This document shows, in pieces, positions 8,379 through 17,934 of a DNA stretch of 40,792 nucleotides. The position numbers and the translations under genes were made by a program. The stretch is from Candidatus Pacearchaeota archaeon CG1_02_32_21. GTDB lineage: Archaea > Nanobdellota > Nanobdellia > Pacearchaeales > GW2011-AR1. Each line of letters begins with the position of its first letter. The first letter of the stretch is position 1. The stretch spans positions 1-40,792 of the forward strand of contig MNVX01000033.1 in the NCBI GenBank assembly GCA_001872185.1. The letters run 5' to 3'. The notes beneath the pieces were generated by a model. The model searched no databases. It was not told the origin of the DNA and saw only the letters and a program-made list of their open reading frames with translations.

Positions 8379-10700
8379 ATGCCCCCTAAAAAGAAAACAT
8401 TCGAAGACCCCGTAAAACATTATGGAGAACAATCAATAAAACAGGACTTTGTTCCAGTAGGTGAATCTGATTTAGCCGGAGCTGTTGATGTTCCTGTCAA
8501 GTCGAGAGAAAATATAGAGACCATAGAAAGAAAAGGGGGTGAAAAAATAATACTGAAAAAGGTAAAAGGTAAAAGGAAATCAAAGAAAATAATAAAAACA
8601 AAAGAAAAAAACGGAAAGTCGTGGACTGATAAATTTAAGGGTGAAAATAAAAAATTAAAAGAGAAAGGTTACATTCTTGTTATAACTGAAAAACCACAGG
8701 CTGCTGAAAAAATAGCAGATGCATTGGCTGAAGGAAAAGTGATTAAAAGTTCTTTGGGTAATGTCCCATACTACACTTTCCAAAGGAGAGGAAAAGATAT
8801 ACAGGTTGTTTGTGCAGTAGGGCATCTTTTTACAATTGCGCAGGTTAATGCAAGAAACAAATGGCCTACATTTGACATTCAATGGGCTCCAAATTATCTT
8901 GTTAGAAAAAATGATTTTACAAAAAGATATTATGATGTAATAGCTAAACTGCATAAAAATGCTTCTGAAATTATTGTAGCTACAGACTATGATATAGAAG
9001 GAGAGGTAATTGGCATGAATATCATTCGGTATATTTGCGGGCAAAAAGATGCTGAAAGAATGAAATTCTCAACTTTGACCTCTAAGGAGATACAAGAGGC
9101 TTATGAAAAAAGAAGCAAAACATTGGACTGGGGTCAGGGAATTGCTGGCGAAACAAGGCATTATTTAGACTGGCTTTATGGGATAAACCTTTCAAGAGCT
9201 TTAATGGATGCAATAAAAACGACAGGAAAATTTAGATTAATGTCCATAGGAAGAGTACAGGGGCCTGCGTTGCATATTATAGTTGAAAAAGAAAAAGAGA
9301 TACAAAAGTTTAAACCTGAAAAATACTGGCAGGTATTTTTGGATATCAATGATGGCAAAAACAGTGTAAATGTAAAATACCAAAAAGACATAACAAATGA
9401 AAAAGAATTAGTTAAATTCAATGGCCTTGAAGGAAAAAGCGGGGTTGTTAAAACAGAAAAAAGCCGACAAGAAATGCCTCCAAATGCACCTTTTGATCTA
9501 ACAAATTTACAAACTGAATCGTACAGGCTTTATAAAATAACTCCGAACAAAACTCTTGAAATTGCACAAAGATTATACCTTGGAGGAGTAATCTCTTACC
9601 CGAGAACAAGCAGCCAGAAAATACCGAAGGAAATAGATTATGAAAGCATATTGAATAGATTAAAAAAAAGATTTAATTTTATTGAAATGGCAAAAAGAAA
9701 AATTCCTGTTGAGGGGAAAAAAACTGATCCCGCACATCCCTCAATATACCCTACTGGAGAGTTTCATGAACTGGAGGAGGATGATAAAAAGATATATGAA
9801 CTTATTGTGAGGAGGTTTGTAAACTGTTTTTGTGAAAATGCTGTAATTGACAATAAGAAAATAACATTCACTTATGATGGGATGAATTTTTTTGCAAGAG
9901 GTCTTGGTATAGCTAAAAAGGGATGGATGGAAGTATATCCTATTCTTATAAAAGAAAGCGAAATACCTGATATGGATGGGGAGGCTACAATTAAAAAAGA
10001 AATAATTGAAGAAAAGATGACTCAGCCTCCAAGAAGATATAGCCCCGCATCCATAATATCTGAACTTGAGAAAAAAAATCTTGGGACAAAAGCTACTAGG
10101 GCCAATATACTAGAAACTCTGTATCAAAGAGGATACATAAAAGAAAAAAGCATTACAGCGACAAGTTTAGGAATTTCCCTCATAAACACTTTAGAAAATA
10201 ATTCTCCAGTAATAATCAATGAGAAACTAACTAGAGATATTGAAATAAATCTTGAAAGCATAAGGAACTCTAAAAATCCTACAAAAAGCAAAGAAAAAAT
10301 ACTTGAAGAGGCAAAAAAAGTTATTCTTTCAATAGGAAAAGATTTTGAAAAGAATAAAAGTAAAATAGGCCAGGACCTTGTAAAGGCAACTGAAAGCTTA
10401 TGGGAAGAGGAAAGAAAAGACAATGAAGTGATGTCATGCCCCGAATGTAATAAGGGCACCCTAAGTTTAAAATATTCTAAAGAGTACAAAAGATATTTTT
10501 TAGGCTGCAGCAGCTATCCTGAATGCAAAAAAACCTATTCTTTGCCTCCGAATTCATTGATAAAGAAATCTGATAAAAAGTGCGAGTATTGTAATTTCCC
10601 AATGTTAATATCAATAAGAAAGGGTAAAAGACCTTGGACATTCTGCTTTAATCCAGAGTGTGAATCAAGGAAAAACAGAGAGAGTGAAGAAAAAGAATAG
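8379..10700 (+). CDS. topA: DNA topoisomerase IA with C-terminal Zn ribbons and a Lys-rich N-terminal extension
   Basis: TOPRIM ITEKP...ATDYDIEGE, SIGRVQ, active-site ISYPRT, LGTKATRA, C-terminal CxxC pairs. First ATG at 8379. Confidence 0.95.
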   Translation: MPPKKKTFEDPVKHYGEQSIKQDFVPVGESDLAGAVDVPVKSRENIETIERKGGEKIILKKVKGKRKSKKIIKTKEKNGKSWTDKFKGENKKLKEKGYILVITEKPQAAEKIADALAEGKVIKSSLGNVPYYTFQRRGKDIQVVCAVGHLFTIAQVNARNKWPTFDIQWAPNYLVRKNDFTKRYYDVIAKLHKNASEIIVATDYDIEGEVIGMNIIRYICGQKDAERMKFSTLTSKEIQEAYEKRSKTLDWGQGIAGETRHYLDWLYGINLSRALMDAIKTTGKFRLMSIGRVQGPALHIIVEKEKEIQKFKPEKYWQVFLDINDGKNSVNVKYQKDITNEKELVKFNGLEGKSGVVKTEKSRQEMPPNAPFDLTNLQTESYRLYKITPNKTLEIAQRLYLGGVISYPRTSSQKIPKEIDYESILNRLKKRFNFIEMAKRKIPVEGKKTDPAHPSIYPTGEFHELEEDDKKIYELIVRRFVNCFCENAVIDNKKITFTYDGMNFFARGLGIAKKGWMEVYPILIKESEIPDMDGEATIKKEIIEEKMTQPPRRYSPASIISELEKKNLGTKATRANILETLYQRGYIKEKSITATSLGISLINTLENNSPVIINEKLTRDIEINLESIRNSKNPTKSKEKILEEAKKVILSIGKDFEKNKSKIGQDLVKATESLWEEERKDNEVMSCPECNKGTLSLKYSKEYKRYFLGCSSYPECKKTYSLPPNSLIKKSDKKCEYCNFPMLISIRKGKRPWTFCFNPECESRKNRESEEKE

Positions 10701-10702
10701 AG

Positions 10703-12847
10703 TTATTTCCCTAGCGGTCTTTGAAGGTGAGCTGGTAGTTTTAAATAAGAAAATCGCGGAGGATTTGATTGGGCTGGTTGAGCAGCTGGCGGATGTCTAG
10801 GACCAAGTGGTGGAGCCTTTGGAGGAGCTGGACTTTGAGATGAGCCAAACTTTTGGTTGTGGGTTTTATCTCTCTTTTTCATTAAGTAATAAATCACTAT
10901 TATCACTCCTAAAATTATAAGTACAATCAACACCAGCAATAAATAGAATAATCCTTTAGATCCTTGTTCAGAAGTGTCAGTTGCACTGTCTAATCTTCTA
11001 GCTAAATTATTTCTAGATGTAATACTTTGATAGCCACACTGGCCTGGAATTTGCTGGGCATTTAACCATCGACCGTTTGTACAGTAATTGTAGTATGTTC
11101 CGTCACAAACTGACTCCCCATCAATACATTCTGAACTGACATTGATGTTTCCAGTCGATTGGTTAGTTGATAGAGGAACACATTCTCCATCTGAACATAT
11201 TTTACTTGAACCGCATGACTGCTTCACAAAGTCTGGATAATCATCGCTTGAGCAGAAATATTCTACAACATAATTCCTCTCACACTCATCTGTAAATGAT
11301 AATTCCTCATTGTCTAAAGTATAATCGACATCTCCCTGATGTGTATAATTTTTTCCATTATCGCTATCATCACATGATTCATCTGGATAGCCTTGGCTAG
11401 ATGCACAAGCTTCATTTGAGCACCCGGCAGGGCAGCTGTAAGTTAAGTTATAAGCATCTCCTGATGAATCGCAAAACCATTCTAAAACATCTGTTGAGTT
11501 AGCACAGGAGTCTTGATAGTAAACAACACCTCCCAAACTAGAGCTTAAAATCGACACATTTCCCTTATCATATAACCCAAAGGCCCTTGCTCCGAATCCG
11601 TCTGTATCTGAATCAGAATCTATGCAAGAAACTGATTGGGTTTGGGTTAAGCATGTAACAGAACTTGAGTCACATCCATAAGAACATGTTTTGTTCAATG
11701 TTCTTGTAACATTAGATGAATCGCAACTTCCACTTACGCATGCAGGAGTGATAGTCTGATTGTATATGCTACCACTATAACAAACTAAAGAGTTATTTTT
11801 AGCTCCACAATCTTCATTAACTGTTGCAGAAGTACATGCAACATCAATTTCGCATTTTCCATCTTTACAGGATTGCCCTAAAAAACATGTATAAATCTCA
11901 ACATCAACATTACTTGTAGAATTGCAGAAAAACTCACGAAGTTTATTATCTAAGCAGTAATCAATTGATGAATTTTGAGTTATTCCTTCAAAAGTTTCTG
12001 TTGCAGTTCCTTTAGCTGTGTAATTTTTCCCAAGATCAGAATCTGTACATCTAAGGTCATTTTGCACTTGGGAAGGATTGTAATTATAAAGCTCTGTAAC
12101 CTGCTGTGCTGTTAATGCCTGATTATAAATTCTGACTTCATCTATAGTTCCCTTAAAATAGTAAGTTTGATCAAGGACCAGAGTTCTTCCAATACTTATA
12201 GATGCTGAAGTTCCCAAAGGTGCTCCAGATTCTTCAGAGGTTAATGTTTGCAAAGCCCCATCTAAATAAAAATGAACATTTGTAGCATCAGATGTAAACA
12301 CAAGATGATGCCATTGGCCATCCCTTAAATCTCCTGTTTGAGCATATCGACCTTTTTGATCCCCGTAATGAATTACTGCTTTTCCCTGTTGCCCGTCTCC
12401 TGCAATCATTAAAGCTCTTCTTTTTCCTCCATCTTTAGTAAACTCAGCAACAGCTCCTCTTCTATCACTCTTTTCTGTATCAACTTTTACCCAGGCAGCA
12501 AAACTGAATTTATCTGTATTAACCCCTCCAGCAGTAGAATACAAAACTAATTCATCTTGAACTCCATCAAATAAAACAGCTTTATCAAACTTGCCTTCAT
12601 TAACTAATATTGGACATGACGGATTAATGCAATTTAAATTATTGCCTCCTTTAGCATCATTAAACAGGGTGGAAAAATTAAACGGATAATAACTAACTAA
12701 AATGTTATCAAAATCGCTTACTGTATTTGCGGTAATACTAATATTTTCAGGCTGAGAATAAAACATGGCTATTAGAAAAATAGAGGCTGATACTAGAATA
12801 AGAAATAGTAATTTAACATAAAGTATATTTTTCACCTCTTTATTCAT
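10703..12847 (-). CDS. Membrane-anchored surface protein: LamG/ConA-like domain, three CxDSD Cys-rich repeats, TM helix, Pro-rich tail
   Basis: FSFAAWVK...WHHLVFT...FKGTIDEVRIYNQALT (LamG). Repeats begin CTDSDLGKNY, CIDSDSD and CDDSDNGKNY. C-terminal hydrophobic helix followed by KKR. Confidence 0.85.
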   Translation of the reverse strand: MNKEVKNILYVKLLFLILVSASIFLIAMFYSQPENISITANTVSDFDNILVSYYPFNFSTLFNDAKGGNNLNCINPSCPILVNEGKFDKAVLFDGVQDELVLYSTAGGVNTDKFSFAAWVKVDTEKSDRRGAVAEFTKDGGKRRALMIAGDGQQGKAVIHYGDQKGRYAQTGDLRDGQWHHLVFTSDATNVHFYLDGALQTLTSEESGAPLGTSASISIGRTLVLDQTYYFKGTIDEVRIYNQALTAQQVTELYNYNPSQVQNDLRCTDSDLGKNYTAKGTATETFEGITQNSSIDYCLDNKLREFFCNSTSNVDVEIYTCFLGQSCKDGKCEIDVACTSATVNEDCGAKNNSLVCYSGSIYNQTITPACVSGSCDSSNVTRTLNKTCSYGCDSSSVTCLTQTQSVSCIDSDSDTDGFGARAFGLYDKGNVSILSSSLGGVVYYQDSCANSTDVLEWFCDSSGDAYNLTYSCPAGCSNEACASSQGYPDESCDDSDNGKNYTHQGDVDYTLDNEELSFTDECERNYVVEYFCSSDDYPDFVKQSCGSSKICSDGECVPLSTNQSTGNINVSSECIDGESVCDGTYYNYCTNGRWLNAQQIPGQCGYQSITSRNNLARRLDSATDTSEQGSKGLFYLLLVLIVLIILGVIIVIYYLMKKRDKTHNQKFGSSQSPAPPKAPPLGPRHPPAAQPAQSNPPRFSYLKLPAHLQRPLGK

Positions 12848-12891
12848 CTACAAATTAAACAAATTTATCTTATAAAGTTTTGTATATGGAA

Positions 12892-13608
12892 TCAGAATAA
12901 TCCTCTTTTTCTTACTCCTTTATTATCGATGCTAAACTCTAACTCTTTTTCAGGCAGGCTCCTGTGTTTCCTCAATATTGCTTTTCTTCTAGAGTTAGAA
13001 TTCTGCAGCTCTATTAGGCATTTGCTCCAATATCTTAGTATATCTCCTCCAACCATATTAGCATCCCTTTGTTTTCCACTCTGAAATTCTTCGTCACTTA
13101 AGAAAGAATAGTATACCTGGTTTGTAATTATAATAGGTATTTGCTTGTTTCTTGCAATCTCTGATAAAGTCCTAAGCTGTCTTGACAATTCGCTGTTTAA
13201 TTCTTTTATATTGTTATCTTTTTTTTCAGACAGTTCTAAACGATAAAGCATTGTCATACTGTCCACAACTATCAGACTCACATTAGTGTTAGACTTTATT
13301 GTTTTTAAAAGAGTATCGAATGATTTTTTTTGTTCTTCAAAATTTGTTGGTTTTAATATAAGCAGATTACTCAAGGAATCTTCTTCTCCAGATATTTGCT
13401 TAAATCTATCTACTGAAAACCCTCCTTCAGTATCAATAAATATTACTTTGTTTCCTTTTTTAGCCTGTGAAACTGATGCCAATACGCATAAATTTGTTTT
13501 CCCGCTCCCCGCTGGGCCATATATTGTTGTGATTATATCTTTTTCATAGCCTCCGAAAAGCCATTTATTCAAATCGTATGAACCTGCAGAAATTTTCTCT
13601 TCTTTCAT
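12892..13608 (-). CDS. radB: DNA repair and recombination protein RadB
   Basis: GPAGSGKT, IDTEGGFS, VVDS, TNQVY and the RadB-typical KHR motif; no N-terminal HhH domain. Confidence 0.92.
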   Translation of the reverse strand: MKEEKISAGSYDLNKWLFGGYEKDIITTIYGPAGSGKTNLCVLASVSQAKKGNKVIFIDTEGGFSVDRFKQISGEEDSLSNLLILKPTNFEEQKKSFDTLLKTIKSNTNVSLIVVDSMTMLYRLELSEKKDNNIKELNSELSRQLRTLSEIARNKQIPIIITNQVYYSFLSDEEFQSGKQRDANMVGGDILRYWSKCLIELQNSNSRRKAILRKHRSLPEKELEFSIDNKGVRKRGLF

Positions 13609-13693
13609 TAATATTATTGAATTAAGATGTTAATAAGATTTTATATGATGATTTGTATTTGATAAAATTTATAAAACAACGATTGTTATGTAG

Positions 13694-14431
13694 GTGATGA
13701 GAAAGGATAGTTTTTTAGAAAATCTTAAAACTATTTACTTTTCTCCGTCAAATTTTTTTGATAAAAACCGCGATGCTAAACTGAATAAAGCTTTAGTCCA
13801 GTTAATACTTTTTTATGTAGTGTATGTAATAACTGAATCATTTCTTAATTTAGTGATATTTTTCAAAGATAATGGGAAAGTACAACCTATTGAAGTAGTT
13901 TCATGGGCATTTCTGACCTTACAAAATATAATTGGCAGGAGCATATTGATGTTAGTATTTTTATTTTCAATTTCTGGTCTGATATACCTGTTTTTGAGAA
14001 TTGCTAAAATAAACAAAGAATATGGCAAAAATTTAAGATCTGCTTCATATGCATTCATGTTATGGACCATTTACGGGTTTATTATAACACTAGCTTCTTT
14101 TGTAGTACAGCTGACAATACCTATAGACCAGTCATATATTCAGGGCTTAGCGTCAACTTCAGACTTGACGAACATTTTGCAGTTGTACAAGATTTATTTT
14201 AGCAATCCCGGGGCAATAATTCTGCTAATTATTGGAATATCTCAGATTGTCCATTTTTTTACATTTTTAGTAAAAAGTACAAGTTATTTCAATAAAATCA
14301 AAACTGGAAAAGCTATTCTTATTTCAGTTTCTTCAGCAGCAATAGTTTTTATTTTACTCTTGTTAATATGGGCAGGATATATTTATGCTGTTAATTACCT
14401 TACAGACCCGTTTAGTGCTAGATTTTCGTAA
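13694..14431 (+). CDS. Multi-pass membrane protein, Yip1-like
   Basis: N-terminal SPSNFF motif followed by about five hydrophobic segments. Confidence 0.6.
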   Translation: MMRKDSFLENLKTIYFSPSNFFDKNRDAKLNKALVQLILFYVVYVITESFLNLVIFFKDNGKVQPIEVVSWAFLTLQNIIGRSILMLVFLFSISGLIYLFLRIAKINKEYGKNLRSASYAFMLWTIYGFIITLASFVVQLTIPIDQSYIQGLASTSDLTNILQLYKIYFSNPGAIILLIIGISQIVHFFTFLVKSTSYFNKIKTGKAILISVSSAAIVFILLLLIWAGYIYAVNYLTDPFSARFS

Positions 14432-14510
14432 ATTTCTGCAAAAAGGAGTATAGAATAATTAATAAATGGTCCAGTCTTTTTATCATGAAGCAATAGAAGG
14501 TTGTTTAATT

Positions 14511-14786
14511 ATGAAAAAAGCTATAAAAATGGTTATAAACGGAACTGTGCAAGAGATGTTTTTCAGAAATTTTGTAAAAGAAGAGGCGGATAAACTTGAT
14601 GTTAAAGGATTTATTAGGAATCTGGATAATGGAGGTATTGAGGTTTTCGCAGAGGGAGAAATTGAAAACGTAGATAACTTGTGCGAGATATGTAAAACTG
14701 GTCCAAAACATGCTAAAATAAACAAAATAAGCATTAGTGAATCTTCTTTCCAAGATTTTAAGGAATTCAAAGTTTTGCATATATAG
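14511..14786 (+). CDS. acyP: Acylphosphatase
   Basis: GTVQEMFFR (variant of GxVQGVxFR), GFIRNLDNGGIEV, GP..AKI. ATG at 14511 preferred. Confidence 0.88.
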   Translation: MKKAIKMVINGTVQEMFFRNFVKEEADKLDVKGFIRNLDNGGIEVFAEGEIENVDNLCEICKTGPKHAKINKISISESSFQDFKEFKVLHI

Positions 14787-14830
14787 TAAATAATATAAAA
14801 TATTAAATACTGCTTAAACATTAAAAAAAT

Positions 14831-15151
14831 ATGACAAGTGTTAATATTGGAAGACGTATAAAATATGAGGATTTAGAACGAGCGCTTATTAAAGCTGCTG
14901 AACAAACTGGTTTAAATATAAGATCCAAAGAGAATTTTAGGAAAGAATATCAACTTGGTTCAGTCCAAGAACTTAGTGTGTATTCTGGAACAACTTTTTA
15001 TTTAAGTGGAGGAATTTTACCAGCTATGGAAATAAGTACTGATAAAAGATGGCCAACAGATTCTTTCTCTTTGCATAGTGGACTTGGTTTTGGATTTGCA
15101 TCTAAAAGAAAAGTCAGAAAGTACCTTGATGCAGTTTCTAGGCATTTATAA
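14831..15151 (+). CDS. Hypothetical protein
   Basis: 106-aa ATG ORF in a gene-sized gap; no motif recognised. Confidence 0.65.
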   Translation: MTSVNIGRRIKYEDLERALIKAAEQTGLNIRSKENFRKEYQLGSVQELSVYSGTTFYLSGGILPAMEISTDKRWPTDSFSLHSGLGFGFASKRKVRKYLDAVSRHL

Positions 15152-15215
15152 TTTAACTTTCTTTTTTATCCTCTTTCTAATAAGGTATGTGACATTGTTT
15201 TCATATACTAATAAA

Positions 15216-15242
15216 GCCGAGCGGAACGAAGTGGAGCGAGGC
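15216..15242. repeat. GC-rich REP-like imperfect hairpin with symmetric purine mismatches
   Basis: GCC-GA-GC-GGA-AC-GAA-GT-GGA-GC-GA-GGC in AT-rich intergenic DNA, just upstream of the lysS TATA-like element. Confidence 0.55.
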
Positions 15243-15276
15243 GAATATATTTAAACATAATTTAGTTCTAATTAAT

Positions 15277-16776
15277 ATGGGTAGAGAAGATCAAATAATT
15301 GAGTCAAGGATTAAAAAAGTTGGGGAGTTAAGGAAGCTTGGAATTAATCCGTATCCAAATAAATATGATTTTAAAAATTATGCTTCGCAACTTCAAGAGA
15401 AATACAAGAAACTTAAAAAAGAATCTAAAACTAAAGACAAAGTAAGTGTTGCTGGTAGAATAATTATAAAAAGAGACCTTGGAAAAATATCATTTGCCAC
15501 TCTTCAGGATTCTTCTGGTAGAATACAGATAGTTTCCCAACAAGGCGAAACTGGAAAAAGGGAATTTGAATTTTTCAAAAGATATATTGAGTCTGGAGAT
15601 TTTGCAGGAGTTGAAGGTTTGATAATCAGAACTAAAACAGGAGAATTATCTGTTTTAATTAAAAAAGTTGAAATTTTAAGCAAGTCAATTTTACCTTTGC
15701 CTGAGAAGTTTCATGGTTTACAGGATGACGAAGAAAAACTCAGAAAAAGATATTTGGATATAGTTATGAATCCTGAAATTAAAGATTTATTTATTAAAAA
15801 GTCTAAATTTTGGTCAACTATAAGAAGTTTTCTTTTAGAGAGGGGATTTTTAGAAGTTGAAACTCCAGTACTTGAGACAAGCGCAGGGGGGGCTGCAGCT
15901 ACTCCGTTTAAAACACACCATAATGCATTAAATATTGACGCATATCTGAGGATTTCAATGGGAGAATTATGGCAAAAAAAGCTGATGGTTGCAGGCTATG
16001 GTAAAACATTTGAGATTGGAAGGCAGTTTAGAAATGAGGGGATGGACATGGAACATTTGCAGGATTATACTCAAATGGAATTTTACTGGAGCTATGCAAG
16101 CTACAAGGAAGGAATGAAGTTAGTTGAAGAAATGTACAAAAAAGTTGCCAAGGAAGTTTTAGGGACATTAAAATTTGAAACACATGGTTACAAGGTTGAT
16201 CTTGGAAAGAAATGGGAATTTTATGAGTATGATAAATTAATCAAAAAACATACTGGAGTTGATATCTGGAAAGCTAATGATAAAGAAATTAAAAAAAGAT
16301 TAGATGAACTAAAAGTGGAATATGACCTAAAAATGGGTAAATGGAGGTTAGTTGACAGCTTATGGAAATATTGCAGGAAAAAATTAAGTGGACCTGGATT
16401 TTTAGTTGGACAGCCGGTAGAAGTTACTCCTTTAGCTAAAAGAGATTCAAATGACAATAGAAAAGTAGAACAATTCCAGGTAATTATTGCAGGAACTGAA
16501 CTTGGAAATGGCTATTCTGAACTAAATGATCCAATTGACCAGGATGAAAGATTTAAAGAGCAAATGAAAATGAAGGCCAAAGGCGACTTAGAGGCACAAG
16601 AACATGATAAGGGTTTTGTAGAAGCGCTGAAGTATGGAATGCCTCCAACTTGCGGTTTCGGGGTTAGTGAAAGACTTTTTTCATATCTTGTTGATAGGCC
16701 TATTCGCGAGTGTGTTATTTTTCCATTGCTTAAGCCTGAAGAAAGTGAGGAAAAGAAAAGAGAAAATGAAAATTAA
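15277..16776 (+). CDS. lysS: Lysyl-tRNA synthetase, class II
   Basis: OB-fold anticodon domain, FLEVETP, FRNEG (motif 2), ELGNGYSELNDP, YGMPPTCGFGVSERL (motif 3). Confidence 0.96.
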   Translation: MGREDQIIESRIKKVGELRKLGINPYPNKYDFKNYASQLQEKYKKLKKESKTKDKVSVAGRIIIKRDLGKISFATLQDSSGRIQIVSQQGETGKREFEFFKRYIESGDFAGVEGLIIRTKTGELSVLIKKVEILSKSILPLPEKFHGLQDDEEKLRKRYLDIVMNPEIKDLFIKKSKFWSTIRSFLLERGFLEVETPVLETSAGGAAATPFKTHHNALNIDAYLRISMGELWQKKLMVAGYGKTFEIGRQFRNEGMDMEHLQDYTQMEFYWSYASYKEGMKLVEEMYKKVAKEVLGTLKFETHGYKVDLGKKWEFYEYDKLIKKHTGVDIWKANDKEIKKRLDELKVEYDLKMGKWRLVDSLWKYCRKKLSGPGFLVGQPVEVTPLAKRDSNDNRKVEQFQVIIAGTELGNGYSELNDPIDQDERFKEQMKMKAKGDLEAQEHDKGFVEALKYGMPPTCGFGVSERLFSYLVDRPIRECVIFPLLKPEESEEKKRENEN

Positions 16777-17815
16777 TTTTTAATCTTCATATTTAAATTA
16801 TTTCTTAGTTTATTGGTATTTGCCCATTTTGCATATGCCTACCATCCCTGAAAACTCTCTTCAATTTTTTCTTTGCTGATTAATCCTTGAATAAACATTT
16901 CAATTTTTCTCTCCATATTTCTTATGTTTCTCTTTCTTAGTAACTTAAAATAATAAAAATTTATAAAACCTACAAAATCAATTCCGTTTGAAAGTGAAAT
17001 AATTTTTGATTTGTCTGGATGTAGATGAAGTCTTAATTCTTTTGTTAAAAAATCATTTATCTGTTCTTTCCAAACTTCTAATTGATTTTTATTTTTATGC
17101 AAAATAATAAAGTCATCTACATGTCTAATATAATATTTGGCTTTTAATACATGTTTTACAAAATAATCAAGCTAATTAAGATAAATATTAGCAAAAAATT
17201 GTGAAATTAGATTACCTAAGGACATTCCTCTCTTTAAATGTAAAAGTTCGTCCGCGTCTCTCTCTCTCTCTCTTGAGTCGCGTTATTGCCAAGTATTTTC
17301 TCTATTAAACTTATTAAGTTATCCTCTTTAATTTTCCTTCTTAATATTTTTATTAAAATATCACGGTCAACTTCTTGGAAATAATGTTTTATATCTGCTT
17401 TAAGGCAAAAAGATTCTGATTTAAGATTATTTGTTGCTTTCATTTGGTATTTTTCAAATCTTTTTAATGCAAACAAATTACCTTTATTTTTTCTATTTGC
17501 GCAAGAATCATAAATAAAGGTTTTATCAAAAATAGGCTCTAAAATATTAACGATGGCATGATGCATAATTCTATCCCTAAATGCAGATTTTGAAATTGTC
17601 CTAGTTTTCGGGTCTCGCAAAATAAATATTTTTAATTTATTAGGAAAGTAAGTCTTATTCTTTAACTCCTCATGCAATAAAAGTAAATTTCCAATAACGT
17701 CTTTCTCAAACTCTCTAACATAAATTTTTTTAGTTTTTCCTTTTCTTGCTTTCCTCCAAGCTAAAAGCAAGTTGCTTAAGTTATAAATTTCAGAGTAATA
17801 GTTATTATTTTTCAT
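16773..17815 (-). pseudogene. DGR-type reverse transcriptase, inactivated (about 346 aa when reconstructed)
   Basis: NLLLAWRKARKGK, DPKTRTI, FRDRIMHHA, CLKADIKHYF. After a frame change at (GA)8 (17257-17272): GMSLGNLISQFFANIYLN*LDYFVKH...YIRHVDDF...LHPDKS...GIDFVGF...SFQGW*AYAKWANT. TAG at 17172-17174 and 16839-16841; final TAA at 16773-16775. Confidence 0.9.
17257..17272 (-). repeat. (GA)8 microsatellite at the RT frameshift
   Basis: Plus strand (TC)8. Removing one unit joins the two RT frames (QERERDADELLHLKRGM). Confidence 0.9.
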
Positions 17816-17838
17816 GTTAAAATAATTCCTAACCCTCA

Positions 17839-17934
17839 TTAAGCCATTCTGCCGTTGTCATTGGAATTAGCCAAGTTGTCATCATTAGCATTCCAGTTGC
17901 CGTTCCTGTTAAGGTAAGCCCTGAACAAACCACT
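17839..17934 (-). other. DGR template-repeat (TR)-like sequence, in frame with the upstream gene
   Basis: AGT GGT TTG TTC AGG GCT TAC CTT AAC AGG AAC GGC AAC TGG AAT GCT AAT GAT GAC AAC TTG GCT AAT TCC AAT GAC AAC GGC AGA ATG GCT TAA. Nine AAY codons in a 19-codon span, immediately upstream of the RT. Confidence 0.8.

Noticed and set aside
14538-14570. Acylphosphatase loop variant VQEMFFR as a sign of inactivation
   Set aside because: The catalytic Arg and Asn are retained; one substitution is not enough evidence.
16839-17174. Amber (TAG) recoding that would make the RT functional
   Set aside because: TAG ends intact genes here (topA 10698-10700, acyP 14784-14786, pcn 32610-32612), and the RT also has a frameshift and HVDD.
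16773-17839. RT as a group II intron or retron enzyme
   Set aside because: Short (about 346 aa), no maturase or endonuclease extension, no VTG motif, GNLxSQ motif present, and an AAY-rich repeat directly upstream.
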